Shown: positions 1-13,875 of the stretch, in pieces
Numbering within the stretch: the stretch's first letter is position 1
How the letters are laid out: each line of letters begins with the position of its first letter
NCBI RefSeq assembly: GCF_006345805.1
Contig: NC_042997.1
Location: forward strand, 117,676,001-117,740,000
Direction of reading: 5' to 3'
Length of the DNA stretch: 64,000 nucleotides
Source: Octopus sinensis
Taxonomy: Eukaryota
Position numbers and translations under genes: made by a program
The notes under the pieces: generated by a model
What the model was told of the DNA's origin: nothing
What the model saw: only the letters and a program-made list of their open reading frames with translations
Databases searched by the model: none

Positions 1-1193
1 CTTTCGGCTGAGGATGAAGGATTTCAACCAGTTAAAAAGGTCATCCCCCACACCCATTGCAGAGAGTTTCACCATAAGCCTTTTGTGTGGCACAGAGTTG
101 AAAGCCTTAGCAAAGTCAAGGTAGACAACATCCACCCATGAGCCACTGTCAGTAATCTGAGTAATGTCCTCAAGGAACTCGACAAGCTGGTCACTGCAGC
201 TGGAGTTAGGGACAAATCCATATTGTGAGGGTCGGATGAGACTGTGAGAGCTCCAGAAGTTCCAGAGTGTTTCTCTGACACACGATTCCATCAGTTTTGC
301 AATACAGCTAGTGAGACTGACTGGGCGATAGTTGACAGGTGATGTGCGGTCGCCCTTTTTGAACAGAGGAATGACACTGGCAGTTTTCCACTGCTCCGGA
401 GTAGCACCATTGTTGAGACAGTACTGGAAGAAAATAGAAAGCTGGTGTAAAAGGAAGTGCCTGCCACGTTTGAGAAGCAGGTATGTAACTCCATCGAGAC
501 CAGGGGAGGCATAGTTGCGCTTATTTTGAAGGTGACGTCGCAGCATTGCAGGTGTAAATTCCATAGTTGTTATGGAGTTTGCTGTTAGTGATGGTGAAGA
601 TGGTACATTTTGACTTTCAACAGTGAATATGTTTGCATAGCACTCGGCAATGAGTTCTGCGCATTCCTTGGGGTCGTCAGTGATCTGGTTTGTGTGAGGG
701 TTGCGAAGAGGGCCCACTGGAGAGTGAGGTCTCTGCTTTGAGTGCACATATTTCCAGAAAACCTTGCTGTCAGGATTGGCTGCTATGCACTGTTCAAATT
801 CAAGCACTGCTTTTTTTGTCACTTGCTTGAGATGGTTGGAGGATTTATTCCGCTTCTTCCTGTTGGTGTCTGATTTATGCAACCTGTATTCCCGTTCAGC
901 AGTCCGACGTTCCCTCCTGGCAAGTCGGACCGCTGAAGTTTCCCAATTGCCCTTTTGGGGCGGTTCTTCTTTTTTTGTTTACGTGGCACTGATGCTGCAC
1001 ATGCTGCCCATATTGAGTCCAGGATACTCTGGAGTATAGTATTCACATCTCCAGAGTTGTAGAATTCACGCCAGTTTGGGTGCTGTAGTTCAGTGTGGTA
1101 CAGGTTCCAATCTGCTCTCTTCCAATCGAAGGAAGCAGATTGGAGATGGTTCAGGGTTGTAGTGAAAATAGAGGCGTTGAGTGGTTGCCTCAA
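1..1193 (-). mobile_element. CR1-like LINE fragment (endonuclease-RT linker plus N-terminal RT domain), runs off the left edge
   Basis: Manual minus-strand translation is open from ~950 to base 1: KVFWKYV...SPGLDGV...WKTASVIPLFKKGDRTSPVNYRPVSLTSCIAKLME...QYGF...VDVVYLDFAKAFNSVPHKRL...WLKSFILSRK. The upstream part (FDWKRADW, ORF 819..1193) is offset by one frameshift near 950-980. Confidence 0.88.
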
Positions 1194-2517
1194 CAGTCTG
1201 CGGTTACTGCAAAAAACCTGATTGGTTGCTTAACAAACCGATCACATGAAACTACTGTTGTTTGATAGTGATGTCTGCTTGGCTGCCTACCTATTCGGTT
1301 TCCAATCACCGCTACAAACCGTTTGCCTTCCTTTCCCATGTGATATAAATAGGACATATTTCCCTGATATTCATGCATCATATCTGAAACACATTTCCAA
1401 TTTGTTTCCAACCACAAGAGTAACTTGGGACTCATGAAAGGAAATCGCTATATTACTTAATACATATGAAACAAAAGTTAACCAAAAGTCTGAAAATAAG
1501 CATTACGACGTTTATGAAAACTTATGAAAAGGCTTTGAACAGGTAAATAGTTAAGTCAGAGTTGCTGGTGGATGGATAAAATCGTTGGAACATTGGAAAA
1601 AATGCTTTGTAGTACTTCTTTTGTCTCTTTACTTTATGAGTTCAAATTCCATCGAAGTCAACTTTGCCTTTCTTCCCTCTGGGAAGGATAAAATAGATTA
1701 CCAGCTAAGTACCAGGATAGGTTTTAATCGACTAACCACTCTTTACAAAATGTCTGGCCTTGAACTTGTATCAGTAATACTACAGTTGTAAATGGCCAGG
1801 GATAAAACTGAGTTTTTAATCTCTTAGTTCACATTCAGTACATATGACGTCTCTGTTTGGCAATGGAAGGATGAAGGCGAAACACTAATGTTGGGTTGTG
1901 ATTATGGAATCAGCTGGTCTTAATCCGACCTAGCATGTAATAATGAGATTTTAATCCAAGATTTTAATTTACAATTCAGCGCTTTCACACAGACGTGATA
2001 CCGTTAAATTCTCAAGGTGAATAAAATAAAATAAAATAAAATATTCATACAAATGTCTAACAGAAAGTAGGGCGAGAAAAAAGGATGGAGAACTTCAAGT
2101 AAGTTCATCAAAATTCCTTCATCATATGATTTTTACATCAATTATCTTATGGAAAGAAAGGAGATAATTACCAAAATTGGAATGACGCCATTAGTATATG
2201 TTTCATGCTTTCATTGGTAAATGGCGGACCTCATTTATAATTACATAATTCCTTTCTTCATCGCACAGTAAGCTTATTATTGCCTTACATTTTCTTCTCC
2301 TTCTTATTCTTGTATTCTTTTACTTGGTTCAGTAATTTAACTACGGCCATGCTGGAGCACTGTCTTTAGTCGAACAAATCTATTCCCAGGACTTATTCTT
2401 TGTAAGCCTAGAACGTATTCTATCGGTCTCTTTCGCCGCGCGGCTAGGTTACGGGGACATAAAAACACCAACATCAGTTGTCAAGCGATGGTAGGGGGAC
2501 AAACACTGACACACAAA

Positions 2518-2640
2518 TACATACATACATACATACATACATACATACATACATACATAAATGCATGCATACATACATACATACATACATACATACATAC
2601 ATACATACATACATACATACATACATACATACATACATAC
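2518..2640. repeat. (TACA)n microsatellite
   Basis: Direct reading; it produces the YIHT/CMYV ORFs. Confidence 0.97.
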
Positions 2641-2849
2641 ACACGCACACATATATTTCGTTTTCGGATTTGGTTTGCAAGATTTGCAAGATGTGAGTTC
2701 GTGTGTTGAAACATATTTTGTTGTGTCTGAGGAGAGTCACTCTCTTTTAATGCCTTATTATTTAACACGCACACACACCATTTCAGTTTCCATTGATGAG
2801 TGTGTTAAATAATAAGGCACTAAAAGAGAATGACTCTCCCCAGACACAG

Positions 2850-3034
<185 letters not shown>

Positions 3035-3120
3035 ATCCAAACATGAAAACACAACAACGCGAGGACGTGGAACAAGTATAGTGTGATTGGATGCTCAGGA
3101 AAGGAAAGAAAGAAGGGGGA

Positions 3121-3154
3121 ATTAACGTTTCGAGCGGAGCTCTTCGTCAGAAAC
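3121..3154 (-). ncRNA. Degenerate minimal type I hammerhead-like motif (probable Penelope-like element remnant)
   Basis: Minus strand: gttt-CTGACGA-a-GAGC-tcc-GCTC-GAAA-CGT-T-aat. Core, stem II and palindromic AACGTT helix III are present; stem I is only ~2 bp. Confidence 0.5.
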
Positions 3155-3233
3155 ATAAGAAAAGGAAACATCCAAGGAAGGGAAGACGGAAAGAAAAAAT
3201 CGCCAACGGTACACACATGGTCACACGGTCACA

Positions 3234-3331
<98 letters not shown>

Positions 3332-3604
3332 ATGAATGAATTATCCTTTGTTTGCCGTTAACATGGAAAATTCAATAAGCAGTTACCAGGGTAGCAAAAT
3401 TCACGCAAGTAACACGGATGAAGCGACCTATTCAAAGGTAGAAACTCCGGGTTAATATGTGTAATATGGGCTCTCTTTCTTTCCTGATGAGAAGATTGCA
3501 TTTTACACCGTTTATTCCTTTGGAATAAAACTTATGATGTCTTCGAAACATATGTCAAAAGTAAAAGAATTTTAATAACATCTTCGTTCAACTCCATTTA
3601 TTTA

Positions 3605-3659
<55 letters not shown>

Positions 3660-4108
3660 GACGGGCTTCTTTCTAATTCCGTCAACCAAATCCATTCACA
3701 AGGTTTTGATCGGCCCGAGGCTATAGTAGAAGACACTTGCCCAAGTGCCACGCAGCGGGACTGAACCCGGGACCATGTGGTTAGGGTCGATTCAATTGAC
3801 TTTCCCCCTCCCCGAAATTGCTGGCCTTGTGCCAAAACTTGAAACAGGTATTTTGCTATGTCCTCTTGGGTTTATATTTCAAATTTCGGTTTAACCAATT
3901 TTGCTGGTCAACATTCCGGGGTCCTATAAAAATCGTTTGTTATAGTCTTCGATGTGATATAAATATATTGTAACATAAAGGTGTACAGAGAACTTTTTTT
4001 TTTGTAATATAAAAATAAATGAAAATGCTAGATATATACATACGTCCATACATACACTCGTATATATGTATGTGTATTTTTATATATATATATGTGTGTG
4101 TGTGTATG

Positions 4109-4145
<37 letters not shown>

Positions 4146-4467
4146 ATATTCGTGTGTGTGTGTGTCCTCGATATGACTTTAGACTGCATCCAGTAGTGGG
4201 GCCCTGGTTCGGGTGTTGAAAAGTATGAACCCACTGCTTAACCACTCTTGTTCTCAGATCAACTCTGACCCTGTGTAGTCACCTGTCAGGTGTTCCAGTT
4301 TTGGGTTGATTAGCATATTATGGAAAAAACTCTGAACAACACCACAACTATCCCCACTGCCTTGTGAGTGCCTTGAGAAAGGGAAAAACTAGGGCACTCA
4401 ACATTGGCAGTAAATCCAGGAATAGACCTTCCCAGGCAGAGAAGACAACACATCAGAAAGTGATTAG

Positions 4468-5150
4468 TGCAGAATCTGTGGACAAAATGGTGAAACCGTA
4501 TGACATATTACCATGCAATGTACGCCACTAACCCAGAAGGAATATAAGAGACGCCACGACAATATAGCAAGGCTTGTCCATTGGAGACTTTGCAACAAGT
4601 GTGGACTTGACAGAGTAAAAAAGTGGTATGAACATAAACCTAGAAGCATAACCGAAAATGATAATGCAAAGATGCTATTGGATTTTATGATTCGGTGCGA
4701 CCATGAGATAGAGAATAGGAAGCCATATATAGTCTTAATTGAGAAACAAAGCAAACTATGTTGGATTTTAGATATAGCATGCCCAGCTGACAACAAGGTA
4801 TGCAATAAGGAAGAAAGAAAAGTCGAGAGATATGACAGGTTAGCTTGGGAAGTTAAGCAGTTGTGGCCGATGAAAAAGGTGGTAGTAGTACCAATAATTG
4901 TCGGATACCTGAGAACAGTGTGTAAAAACATTGAGAAGTACATGGAACAAAAAATGGCTGCAATAAAGGTGGAGCACTTGCAGAAAACAGCAATGCTTGC
5001 AGAAAACAGAATACTTCGGAAGGTGCTCGAAAATTAGGATCTGCTACCTTAGTTCACTGGTAGTGAACAGCTGACACCGTAGTACATCTCCAGCGTTAGA
5101 AGCTGTGCAAAGGGAATAATAATAATAATGATGATAATGATAATAATAAT
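4468..5150 (+). mobile_element. 3' fragment of an RLE-type non-LTR retrotransposon (R4/Dong-like): zinc knuckle plus restriction-like endonuclease, (AAT)n tail
   Basis: CRICGQNGETV*HITMQC (CCHC with a stop), then YKRRHDNIARLVHWRLC...RKPYIV...LDIACP...KVERYDRL (ORF 4513..5037). An AAT/GAT tail follows at ~5116-5150. Confidence 0.8.
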
Positions 5151-6651
5151 CAACCAGGGATGATTACAGTCCAATCTGTAATATCACTGGACATAAGGTG
5201 GAACTTTGTTCATGCGTTCATTTCTACAAACGAAATGGCGCTAAAGTTAGAGTAACGAATGTTGAACATCCATTAACCATGCAGTTGGGACACAAGCTTC
5301 TTACCACACAGCCACGCCTGCACCATTTTACATTTTTTATTTATTTATGCGCCCTTTTCAAGCCTAGCCAGGTTCATGGGCCCGGTTTCCCGGTTTCTGT
5401 GGCGTATGTGTTCCCCCCAGCTGGAGGGGACGCCAGTCCATCGCAGCGTTACTCAAGAAACAGGAAGAGAGAATGAGAGAAAGTTGGTGCGAAAGGGTAT
5501 AACAGGGGTCGCCACCACCCCCTTCCAGAGCCTCGTGGAGCTTTAGGTGTTTTCGCTCAATAAACACAGACAAACACAGTCTGGGAATCGAAACCGCGAT
5601 CATCCGACCGCGAGTCCGCTGCCCTATCCACAATAAATAAATGCGCCCTTTTTAAAGCCTAGTCAGGCTCATGGGCTCATGGGCCCGGTTTCCTGGTTTC
5701 AATGGCGTATGTGTTCCCCAGCTGCACGGGATGCCAGTCCATCGCAGCGTTACTCATTTTTGTCAGCTGAGTGGACTGGAGCAACGTGAAATGAAGTGTT
5801 TTGCTCAAGAACACAACGCGTCGTCCGGTCCAGGAATCGAAACCACAATCTTACGATCATGATGCTGACACCCTAACCACTAAGCCACGCACCTCCACAC
5901 CATTTTACATGAGCATCAAGAAATTTGATAGAAGTTAAATTAATATTATTGCATGTGCGTCATTAATGCCTTATATTACGCAAGGTGGCGAAATGTTTAC
6001 TTCCAAAGTTACCCGTTATATAACTGCAGTCATAAATATTCCTCAATTAATAAGTTATGATAATTGCTCTTCATGCGTTTAATATTTGAGATTCAAAACT
6101 CATTAATGAAGATTAAATGTAAATATTACATAACTGACGTGTTTTTAATTAATATAATTAATTCGAAGGAAACGGCCTTAAATGGGTAAAATATAATTTA
6201 ATTCCAAGTAAAAAGAAGCATTAGTTTCAATAAAAAAAAATGTATAAGCTTGTGGAAGTCTAGTTGCGTGGGACCAGAAGAACCCTATGTAATTCGGAGG
6301 TGTGTGTGTGAGAAAGAGAGAGGGGGAGAGGGAGAGGCTGACAAAGAGAAAGACTCAGACAGACAGACAGACAGACATACAGAGATGCAGGTAATATGAC
6401 TACCACATCTTATTTTTGACCGACACACAGACATCCCAAATACCCTTGACCTCGATTCCTAACCTAGTCTTTACTCAGCGACCACAGTTTCTGATCTCAT
6501 TCAATCGTCTAAATCAGTGGTTCCCAACCTGGGGTCAGCGGATCCCTGGTGGTCTGCAAAGGTAGCACTAGAGGTCCGTGTTTGTGTGTATGTGTGTGTG
6601 TGTGTGTGTAGTGGATCTTGTAGGCATGAAGTGGATTCGATCCAGCATAGC

Positions 6652-7040
6652 CAGGCTGTGTGGTAACTAGCTTGCTTACCAACCACATGGTTCCGGATTC
6701 ATTCCCACTGCATGACACCTTGGGCAAGTGCCTTCTACTATAGCCTCGGGCCGACCAAAGCCTTGTGAGTGGGTTTGGTAGAAGGAAACTGAAAGAAGCC
6801 CGTTGTGCATTTGTGTTGGTGTGTGTGTGTATGTGTGTGTTTGTGTTTGCCCCCCCCCCCCAACATCGCTTAACAACCGATGCTGGGTGTGTTTACGCCC
6901 CCGTAACTTAGCGGTTCGGCAAAAGTGACCGATAGAATAAGTACTAGACTTACAAAAAATAAGTCCTGGGGTCGATTTGCTCGACTAAAGGCGGTGCTTC
7001 AGCATGGCCGCAGTCAAATGACTGAAACAAGTAAAAGAAA
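6652..7040 (+). mobile_element. tRNA-derived SINE family A (head GCTGTGTGGTAA...GGTTC, internal (TG)n, tail ...GACTGAAACAAGTAAAAGA)
   Basis: Near-identical copies recur at about 12835-13222(-), 15985-16370(-), 27170-27450(-), 29840-30200(+), 31455-31883(+), 34605-34985(-), 44400-44815(-) and as partials elsewhere. Confidence 0.85.
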
Positions 7041-8393
7041 CTTCAATGGAACTTTTCTCACGGCGGAACAATAGTTTTTCTGAGACAGCAGTTTTACATT
7101 TGCCAGAGTGCTGTAGCTAGGCCGAAATAATGTCTTCACCACTTGACCTTTGTAACCTCATTTATTTCACCAAAAGCTATAATTAAGACAACAAGACCAC
7201 CAACTACATCTATTGTTCTCAATGATATGTCTATGCTTCTGGATTGTTATAAAAGCAAGAACCCCGAGAAAAAATCAGTTAGTCGGCTCGTGGCAACTCA
7301 ATCAGTTAGTGAATGATAACTCGAGTTAGAAATAGATACCATCAGTTACGGAGCGGAGCGCTAGAATCATGATCATAAGCAAGGCAGCTACTAAAGACAA
7401 TGGTCAAAGGGGAGAAATGAAATTTACTGTCAGCAGCTATGAGACATCTTCCCGTGACCCTACATCTTTCACTAGCTCTAATTCTGTTCTCTTACAACAT
7501 CATTCTATTGCTATCTGTGGATTACTGCTAAGAAAACGTGTACACAAATCTATACAACTATACAACTATCCACCACATCTAACTTTACTACGCATACTCT
7601 AGGATTTTATCGCCTGTCCGTCGATGTCATTGTAAATAAATATTTTCTTCACAACTTCAATCACTGTTCTTTCATTTTTACATAATTGCAATCAACGAAG
7701 AACCAATCCTTACAAACTGATTACGACTCCGACATCACATATTATTGTTTACTAATTAATATCTTCCGTTACATATGTATATGTATGTGTGTATGGGTAT
7801 GTACCCACTCTTGTATGGGTGTACCTCCTCTGATATTCATATTCAATTTAGTTAGTATTTCACAATCTCTGAAGAGGCCTTGGGATATTTTTGTAAGTGT
7901 CTCATTTATAACTACATATTGACCTATCACACATGGCTAATATGAGCACCCATATCTGCATGGCCGAAACAGCTGTAAGATGTAGTTTATATTTATATTT
8001 GTATTTATTTATATTCACTTATACATACTATACTTATTGTATCATATTACTCTTTCATGTACATTGATTTGTTCTATATTATTATGTTTGAATTTCCGCG
8101 GGAAGGAAAATTTCATTGAAGTCATGTATCGCCTGACCTTCGGAACGTGGAGTAGATGAAATTAAGGCGACTGAAGAAGGGGAATTTTCCTTGTTTGTAT
8201 GTTCTGTACTCTATTTTTTCGTTGTTTAAAGAAATATGTCCATTTCCTCGGTTTTGTGTTTATGTTTTCGTTTCTCATTGTGTTCGACGTTTTTTTGGTG
8301 TCCTGTACCCATATATGCGTGTATATATACATGTAGAGGTAGGTACGTACATATATGTATGTATATATGCATATATATATTTTTTATTATATT

Positions 8394-8477
<84 letters not shown>

Positions 8478-8689
8478 TTGCATACACACACACAAAGGCA
8501 CGCACTCACACACATATAACAAAACACTTTCCAGGCATTCCTTCTTCACTTTACCATTCTTGTCACCATGTATACATAATTGTCAATGCAGAAACTCCTT
8601 ATATTTTTCAACATAGCGACTGGCCCTTTCAACGGCCCTTTCATGGAGTGCTTTACAGCAAGCATCTATCCACACCAAGCTTTTCCATC

Positions 8690-8845
8690 ATTCGTTTTCT
8701 CTCTCCATCCCTCTCTCCATCCCTCCCTTTCCCTCTTTCCCCTCTCTCTCCATTCCTCTCTCTCTCGTTCTCCCTCCCTTTCCCTTTCTCTCTCCCTCTC
8801 TCTCCCCTCCTTCTCTCTCTTTCCCTCCCTCCTTCCCTCCCTCTA
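8690..8845. repeat. CT-rich low-complexity polypyrimidine tract
   Basis: Direct reading. Confidence 0.9.
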
Positions 8846-9277
8846 AAATATATCCAAAGACTAGAGAAATGCTACAGTCTGGCTCATCTCCCCAAAAGAC
8901 AACTTTTGTGACCCTGTCAAATTTTGATCTGTTACTATGACAACATCTCGTAGTCCAGCTATATCTTGAGGACATCTGTTCTCTTGTGTTATTATTCCTC
9001 AATGGCCTTTTTCTCTGAAGAATATCCGCGAAAACAACATTCATGCACTTTGACACAAGAAAAGCCTCCAAAGATATCTATCGTAAGAACCGAACTTCAT
9101 TCTTCATTCCAAGAGAAAGGAGCTTCCGTTGTAATGGGTAGCAAATTGCTTCCTAGATTCTTAACCAATATTCGAAACCCAGTCGAGATTTTTCTATGAG
9201 TTCTCTCCTATTATTCATGACATTAACACTAAGAAATTTATGAGGGAAAACTGTCAAGCTTAGATTCTATTGTTTAA

Positions 9278-9499
9278 CCCTTTTGTTACGATATTTCTGT
9301 TGAGATGCTCTGTGTTGCTTTCAATAGATTTTAAATATAACAACGAATTTAGTAAAATAACTTAGTTATCATCAAGCTAGTGTTATGAACATAAATTGTG
9401 ACTAAGGTTTAGTGGGAGATTTTAATTCAGAACTTTTCAAAACAAGACATTTGTATTACAGAACCAGAGGCGGTTTCAGGCGTGTTGGTATCAAAAGGG
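9278..9499. mobile_element. piggyBac-like MITE
   Basis: TTAA|CCCTTTTGTTAC...GGTATCAAAAGGG|TTAA: CCC/GGG termini with a TTAA target duplication. Related copies at ~25495-25714 and 58319-58539. Confidence 0.8.
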
Positions 9500-9953
9500 T
9501 TAAGTTAACAACCTTGCATTAAATATAGTTCTACGGAAATAAACTCGTTTACATTCCATTGTTGTCTGACTCAGTTCTACCTTTTTTGCTTGGTGCCAAT
9601 CAGAAGGAGCATTTCAGTAATATCTTGTCACAACTATACAACTTTTGCCCACTCTACTTGTCATCCCAGAGAGAGATATTCTCTTTCTCTTTCTCTCTCG
9701 TTCTCTCATCCGTCTCCTAGCAGTTAACGACAGATGAACTCAACTACGTACAAAATGAATAGAGTTTCAATCTATCCTTGTACAGGAGCTCGAAGTTGCT
9801 TCTTATAGTGTAACGATAAAATAAAGGCCGTATCAACTAAAATTTTTCTCTTGTCATTTATCTAGTACATATAATCGTTACAAATGTATGCAAACGGATA
9901 TCATTCTGGCTTGCTCTTAATTTCAGTTTTGTCTCCTGTACATTAACGAAATA

Positions 9954-10211
9954 CAGTAATCCCTCGCCTTATCGCAGTTCACCTATCGTGTACTCAGTAC
10001 ATCGCGGTTCACCTATCGCGTACTCAGTACATCACGATTCACTTATCGTGTACTCGCGAATTTTTCTGGCTAATGTGTGAATTTATATCGCGGACTCCTC
10101 AATATATCGCGGGTTTCTGCAGCTAATAGGCATTTATATTTTTTTTTAGATTTTAGTTATTTCTGTGGGAGGTTTTGGGACGTAACACCCGCGATAGTCG
10201 AGGAATTACTG
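9954..10211. mobile_element. Tc1/pogo (Tigger-like) MITE containing three 30-bp tandem units
   Basis: TA|CAGTAATCCCTCG...CGAGGAATTACTG|TA. Units ATCGCRGTTCACCTATCGYGTACTCAGTAC start at 9971, 10001 and 10031. A related fragment lies at ~12686-12820. Confidence 0.75.
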
Positions 10212-10815
10212 TAACTGATGCTCTTTCAAACAACACGCGCTCTGATGCAGATGGTACCATCTTAACTTTTAATCTTCCTTAACTTTCTGCTCCAAGAAGA
10301 CATCGACACGTAACCTACACACTCCACAGGAGTCTACTCTCATTCTTTTATCTATCTGCCTTCCTCCGTCACTCATTCTCTTTCCTCCCTTCCCATCACT
10401 TTCTATATATAACGTCGTCTAACAGCGTCTAACTCCCCTTCACTTTCTCTTTATAACGTCGTGTCACGGCGTTCTATATCTCCCCCTCTTCCCCGCCTTC
10501 CACAGCGCTTTCACACTCTCTCTCTCTCTACGTCTGTCTGCATTCATAGAGAGAATTATCATCGCCACAAACAACACACAATCATGAGAACAAATATTAT
10601 GAATCAGATATTTCTTGCGTTCATTTATATATGTGTGTGTGTGTGTGTTCTATATATAAATATGTATATATACAAAGTTTATATATCTGTATTTATGTAT
10701 ATTAAACTTTTTAATACTTTATGATATTTATATATATTTTTAAACAAATTATAAATATAAATTAATAATTTTAATTTTAAATTTATATAATTTAAATTTT
10801 TCAATTTTATATTTT

Positions 10816-11200
10816 ACTAGCAGTATCGCCCGGCGTTGCTCGGGTTTGTAAGGGAAATAACTATAAAGCATTTTTAGAGAGTTATAGCCAAAAAATAGCA
10901 AAAAAATGGAAAAAAAATGATGGTAAATTTTTTTGAGAGTTAAAAAAGGTGGAGTTGCGTCCCCTAGACGGTCTGTGGTTTGGGTTTCTGATTCTCGACC
11001 CCATGTCGAATTTATCGATTTTTTTCAGAACTGGGGGAACTTTTCAAAATTTTCGCTGCGTTAGTTTTGAATTATGACATTGGGCTATGTGTGTGTCAAG
11101 TTTCATCAGAATCGGTTGAAAGCCGTGGTCAGAGTGAGGGTACGAGAAAACAGACACACAGAAAACGCACAGACAAACTGCCGTTTATATAGAGAGAGAT
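10816..11200 (+). mobile_element. Non-autonomous Helitron/Helentron-like element
   Basis: Starts ACTAG followed by a CCCGGCGTTGCTCGGG hairpin and ends ACAGACAAAC...TTTATATAGAGAGAGAT. Same architecture as 53378-53744. Confidence 0.55.
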
Positions 11201-11369
11201 ATATTTTGTATATTATATTTTTATTTTTATGTTTTGGTTTATGTTTTTCACTGTTTGATTTACCTATTAGTGGTTTTATCTCTTATTTAATTTATACATA
11301 TATATAATTTGAATACATTTGAATATATAATGCGTGCACATACACACACACACACACACAAACACACAC

Positions 11370-11420
<51 letters not shown>

Positions 11421-12224
11421 GTGTGCATTATGTGGTCGTTGAGCTGAAAATATGCACACCGATGTTAAAAGTGCTGGCAAGTTTGCATGACAACTATTTT
11501 TTTCCTCAAATGAAAGGCGTGACCTCTAGGACAAAATTCCTCATCTTATAAAATGTGGCCCCAGTAGACCCGAATGAAATCGAGTTATATTAACCAAAAT
11601 GTGAAAAGGGGTCTAAATGGGGCTCGAAGGGGATTAAAATTTCAAGGAGCGGGTGTTTAGGAATTCTCTGTTACATCAAGCTAAAAATTTTGCGCCAGCC
11701 TTTTAATCGTCAATGTGTTGCCGTCCATGATGAAGAAGTTTTGAATGCTTGCCATGGTGAGTCTACTGTCGTGAGAAAGAATCACTTCAAAACTTGGTGT
11801 TTAGGAATTTTCTTTTACATCAAGTTCAAAATTTTACGCCAGCCGTTAAACTGTCAATACGTTGCTGTCCGTCGTTAAGAAATGCCAGCCATGGTGACTC
11901 TACTATCCTCAGATTCTATCCCTTCAAACTTTGGTTTCCAATATTTTATTTTTATTCAGCTCGCAAGTTCGTCTGTCCCTTTTAAATGTTAGTGTTTTGC
12001 TGTCTGCCTTGAAGCAGACTTTTCCGTTGTCACTGCCTGATATTTATGATTGATCTTTCAAAATATTTTATTTCTTAACTAACTCAAGATCTTTTGTTGT
12101 TTATAAATGGGAGAGAGATAGATAAAGATAGAGAGTAAGAGAAAGCGAGGGAGAGTCCGAGAGAAAAGAAAAGTAAGAGAGTGGGAAAGTGAGAGAGAAA
12201 GGAGAGAGAAACAAAGAGGGTGAA

Positions 12225-12545
12225 TCATCATCATCATCATCATCATCATCGTTTAACGTCCGTTTTCCGTGCTAGCACGGGTTGGACAGTTTGACCGGGG
12301 TCTGGGAAGCCAGGAGGCTGCACCAGGCTCCAGTCTGATCTGGCAGTGTTTCTACAGGTGGATGCCCTTCCTAACGCCGACCACTCTGTGAGTGTAGTGG
12401 GTGCTTTTTTCATGCGGCCGGCACAGGTGCCGGGGGGGCTGGCAGCGGCCACGATCGGTTGGTGCTTTTTACGTGCCACCGGCACAGAAGCCAGTCAAGG
12501 CGGCGCTGCAATCGACCACGTTCGGATGGTGCTTTTTACGTGCTG
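12225..12545 (-). mobile_element. RTE-LINE 3'-tail-derived short repeat with (GAT)n end; representative of about 20 copies
   Basis: Same sequence as the 3' end of the RTE copy at 46861-47050. Other copies at ~20080, 20465, 21330, 22191, 23521(opp), 23840, 26100, 28870, 34010, 38160, 45380(opp), 46420, 48880(opp), 49630(opp), 55190, 59580 and 60960. Confidence 0.85.
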
Positions 12546-12623
12546 AAAGGAAGCAACAGAAAGTAACAACCACACTCTTACCCGCGCGTAGAGCAGGTCA
12601 CCTTAAGCTAGTACATATATATA

Positions 12624-12691
<68 letters not shown>

Positions 12692-13875
12692 CGGACTCCT
12701 CAGTATATCCAGGTTTCTGCAGCCGATAAGTATTTATATTCTTTTAGATTTTAATTATTCCTTTTGGAACATAACACCCACGATAGTCGAGGTGTATATA
12801 AAAATACGCCTCAATATAGGGGGATAGAATTTACTTTTACTCATTTCAGTCATTTGACTGTGGCTATGCTGGAGCACTGCCTTTATAGTCGAGCAAATCG
12901 ACCCCAGAGCTTATTCTTTGTAAGCCTAGTACTTATTCTTTCGATGTCTTTTGCCGAACCGATAAGATACGGGGACGTAAACACACCAGAATCGGTTATC
13001 AAGCGATGCTGGGTGGGGGGGGGACAAACAGACACACAAACATATATACACACACACATAAACATATATATATACCGCGAGCTTCTTTCAGTTTCCATCT
13101 ACTCACAAGGCTTTGGACGGCCCGAGGCTATAGTAGAAGACACTTGCCCAAGGTGCCACGCAGTGGGACTGAACCCATGTGGTTGGTAAGCAAGCTACTT
13201 ACCACACAGCCACTCCTGCGCCTTGAATTTTTGTCTACTGTTTAAATCAGTCAAAACTTCTAGTGTGAATAAATATACAACCTGTAGTCTCTGATGAAAA
13301 AAACAAAACTAGTCTACTATTATTTCTGTGAAAGACAAGGTGTTGACTGTTCTTGTGTCATTCCATGTCAACTCTAATCAAAACTACCTATGACACGTTA
13401 GTAGTCGGTTGAACTGCGACTGACTGCTTCGTTTGACCGAAAGATCTGTCAATGAATAAGTCTGCCTAACTCAGGATCATATTACTCTCATTGACATACA
13501 ATAAAACAAAGAGAACCGTACGGGCACGCATCGGACCACAGCCGAACATACCACGTTTTGTCTTCTTTAACCATGTGATTATCCTCGGTCATCGTCGACA
13601 ACTATGGATGAACAAAAACTAATACCAATCATACAATGCGCACGCCTTCTCTCAGCCTTGCATCTCTTCACCCAACTCTACAATGTGCGCCTCTTTTCTA
13701 CCATCTTTTTTCACGGCTTTTTCCCAGCCATTACTCTTGTTGCCTCAAGTAAAATAGGCAGTCGAAAAATTACAATCATGGTCATATATACCTATTTCTT
13801 TACTACCCACAAGGGGCTAAACACAGAGGGGACAAACAAGATATGGTCATATATACCACCAAGTTAATCAGTTGT

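Noticed and set aside
8165-8200. CTGAAGA hammerhead-like core
   Set aside because: No GAAA follows the putative stem II, so the fold cannot be completed.
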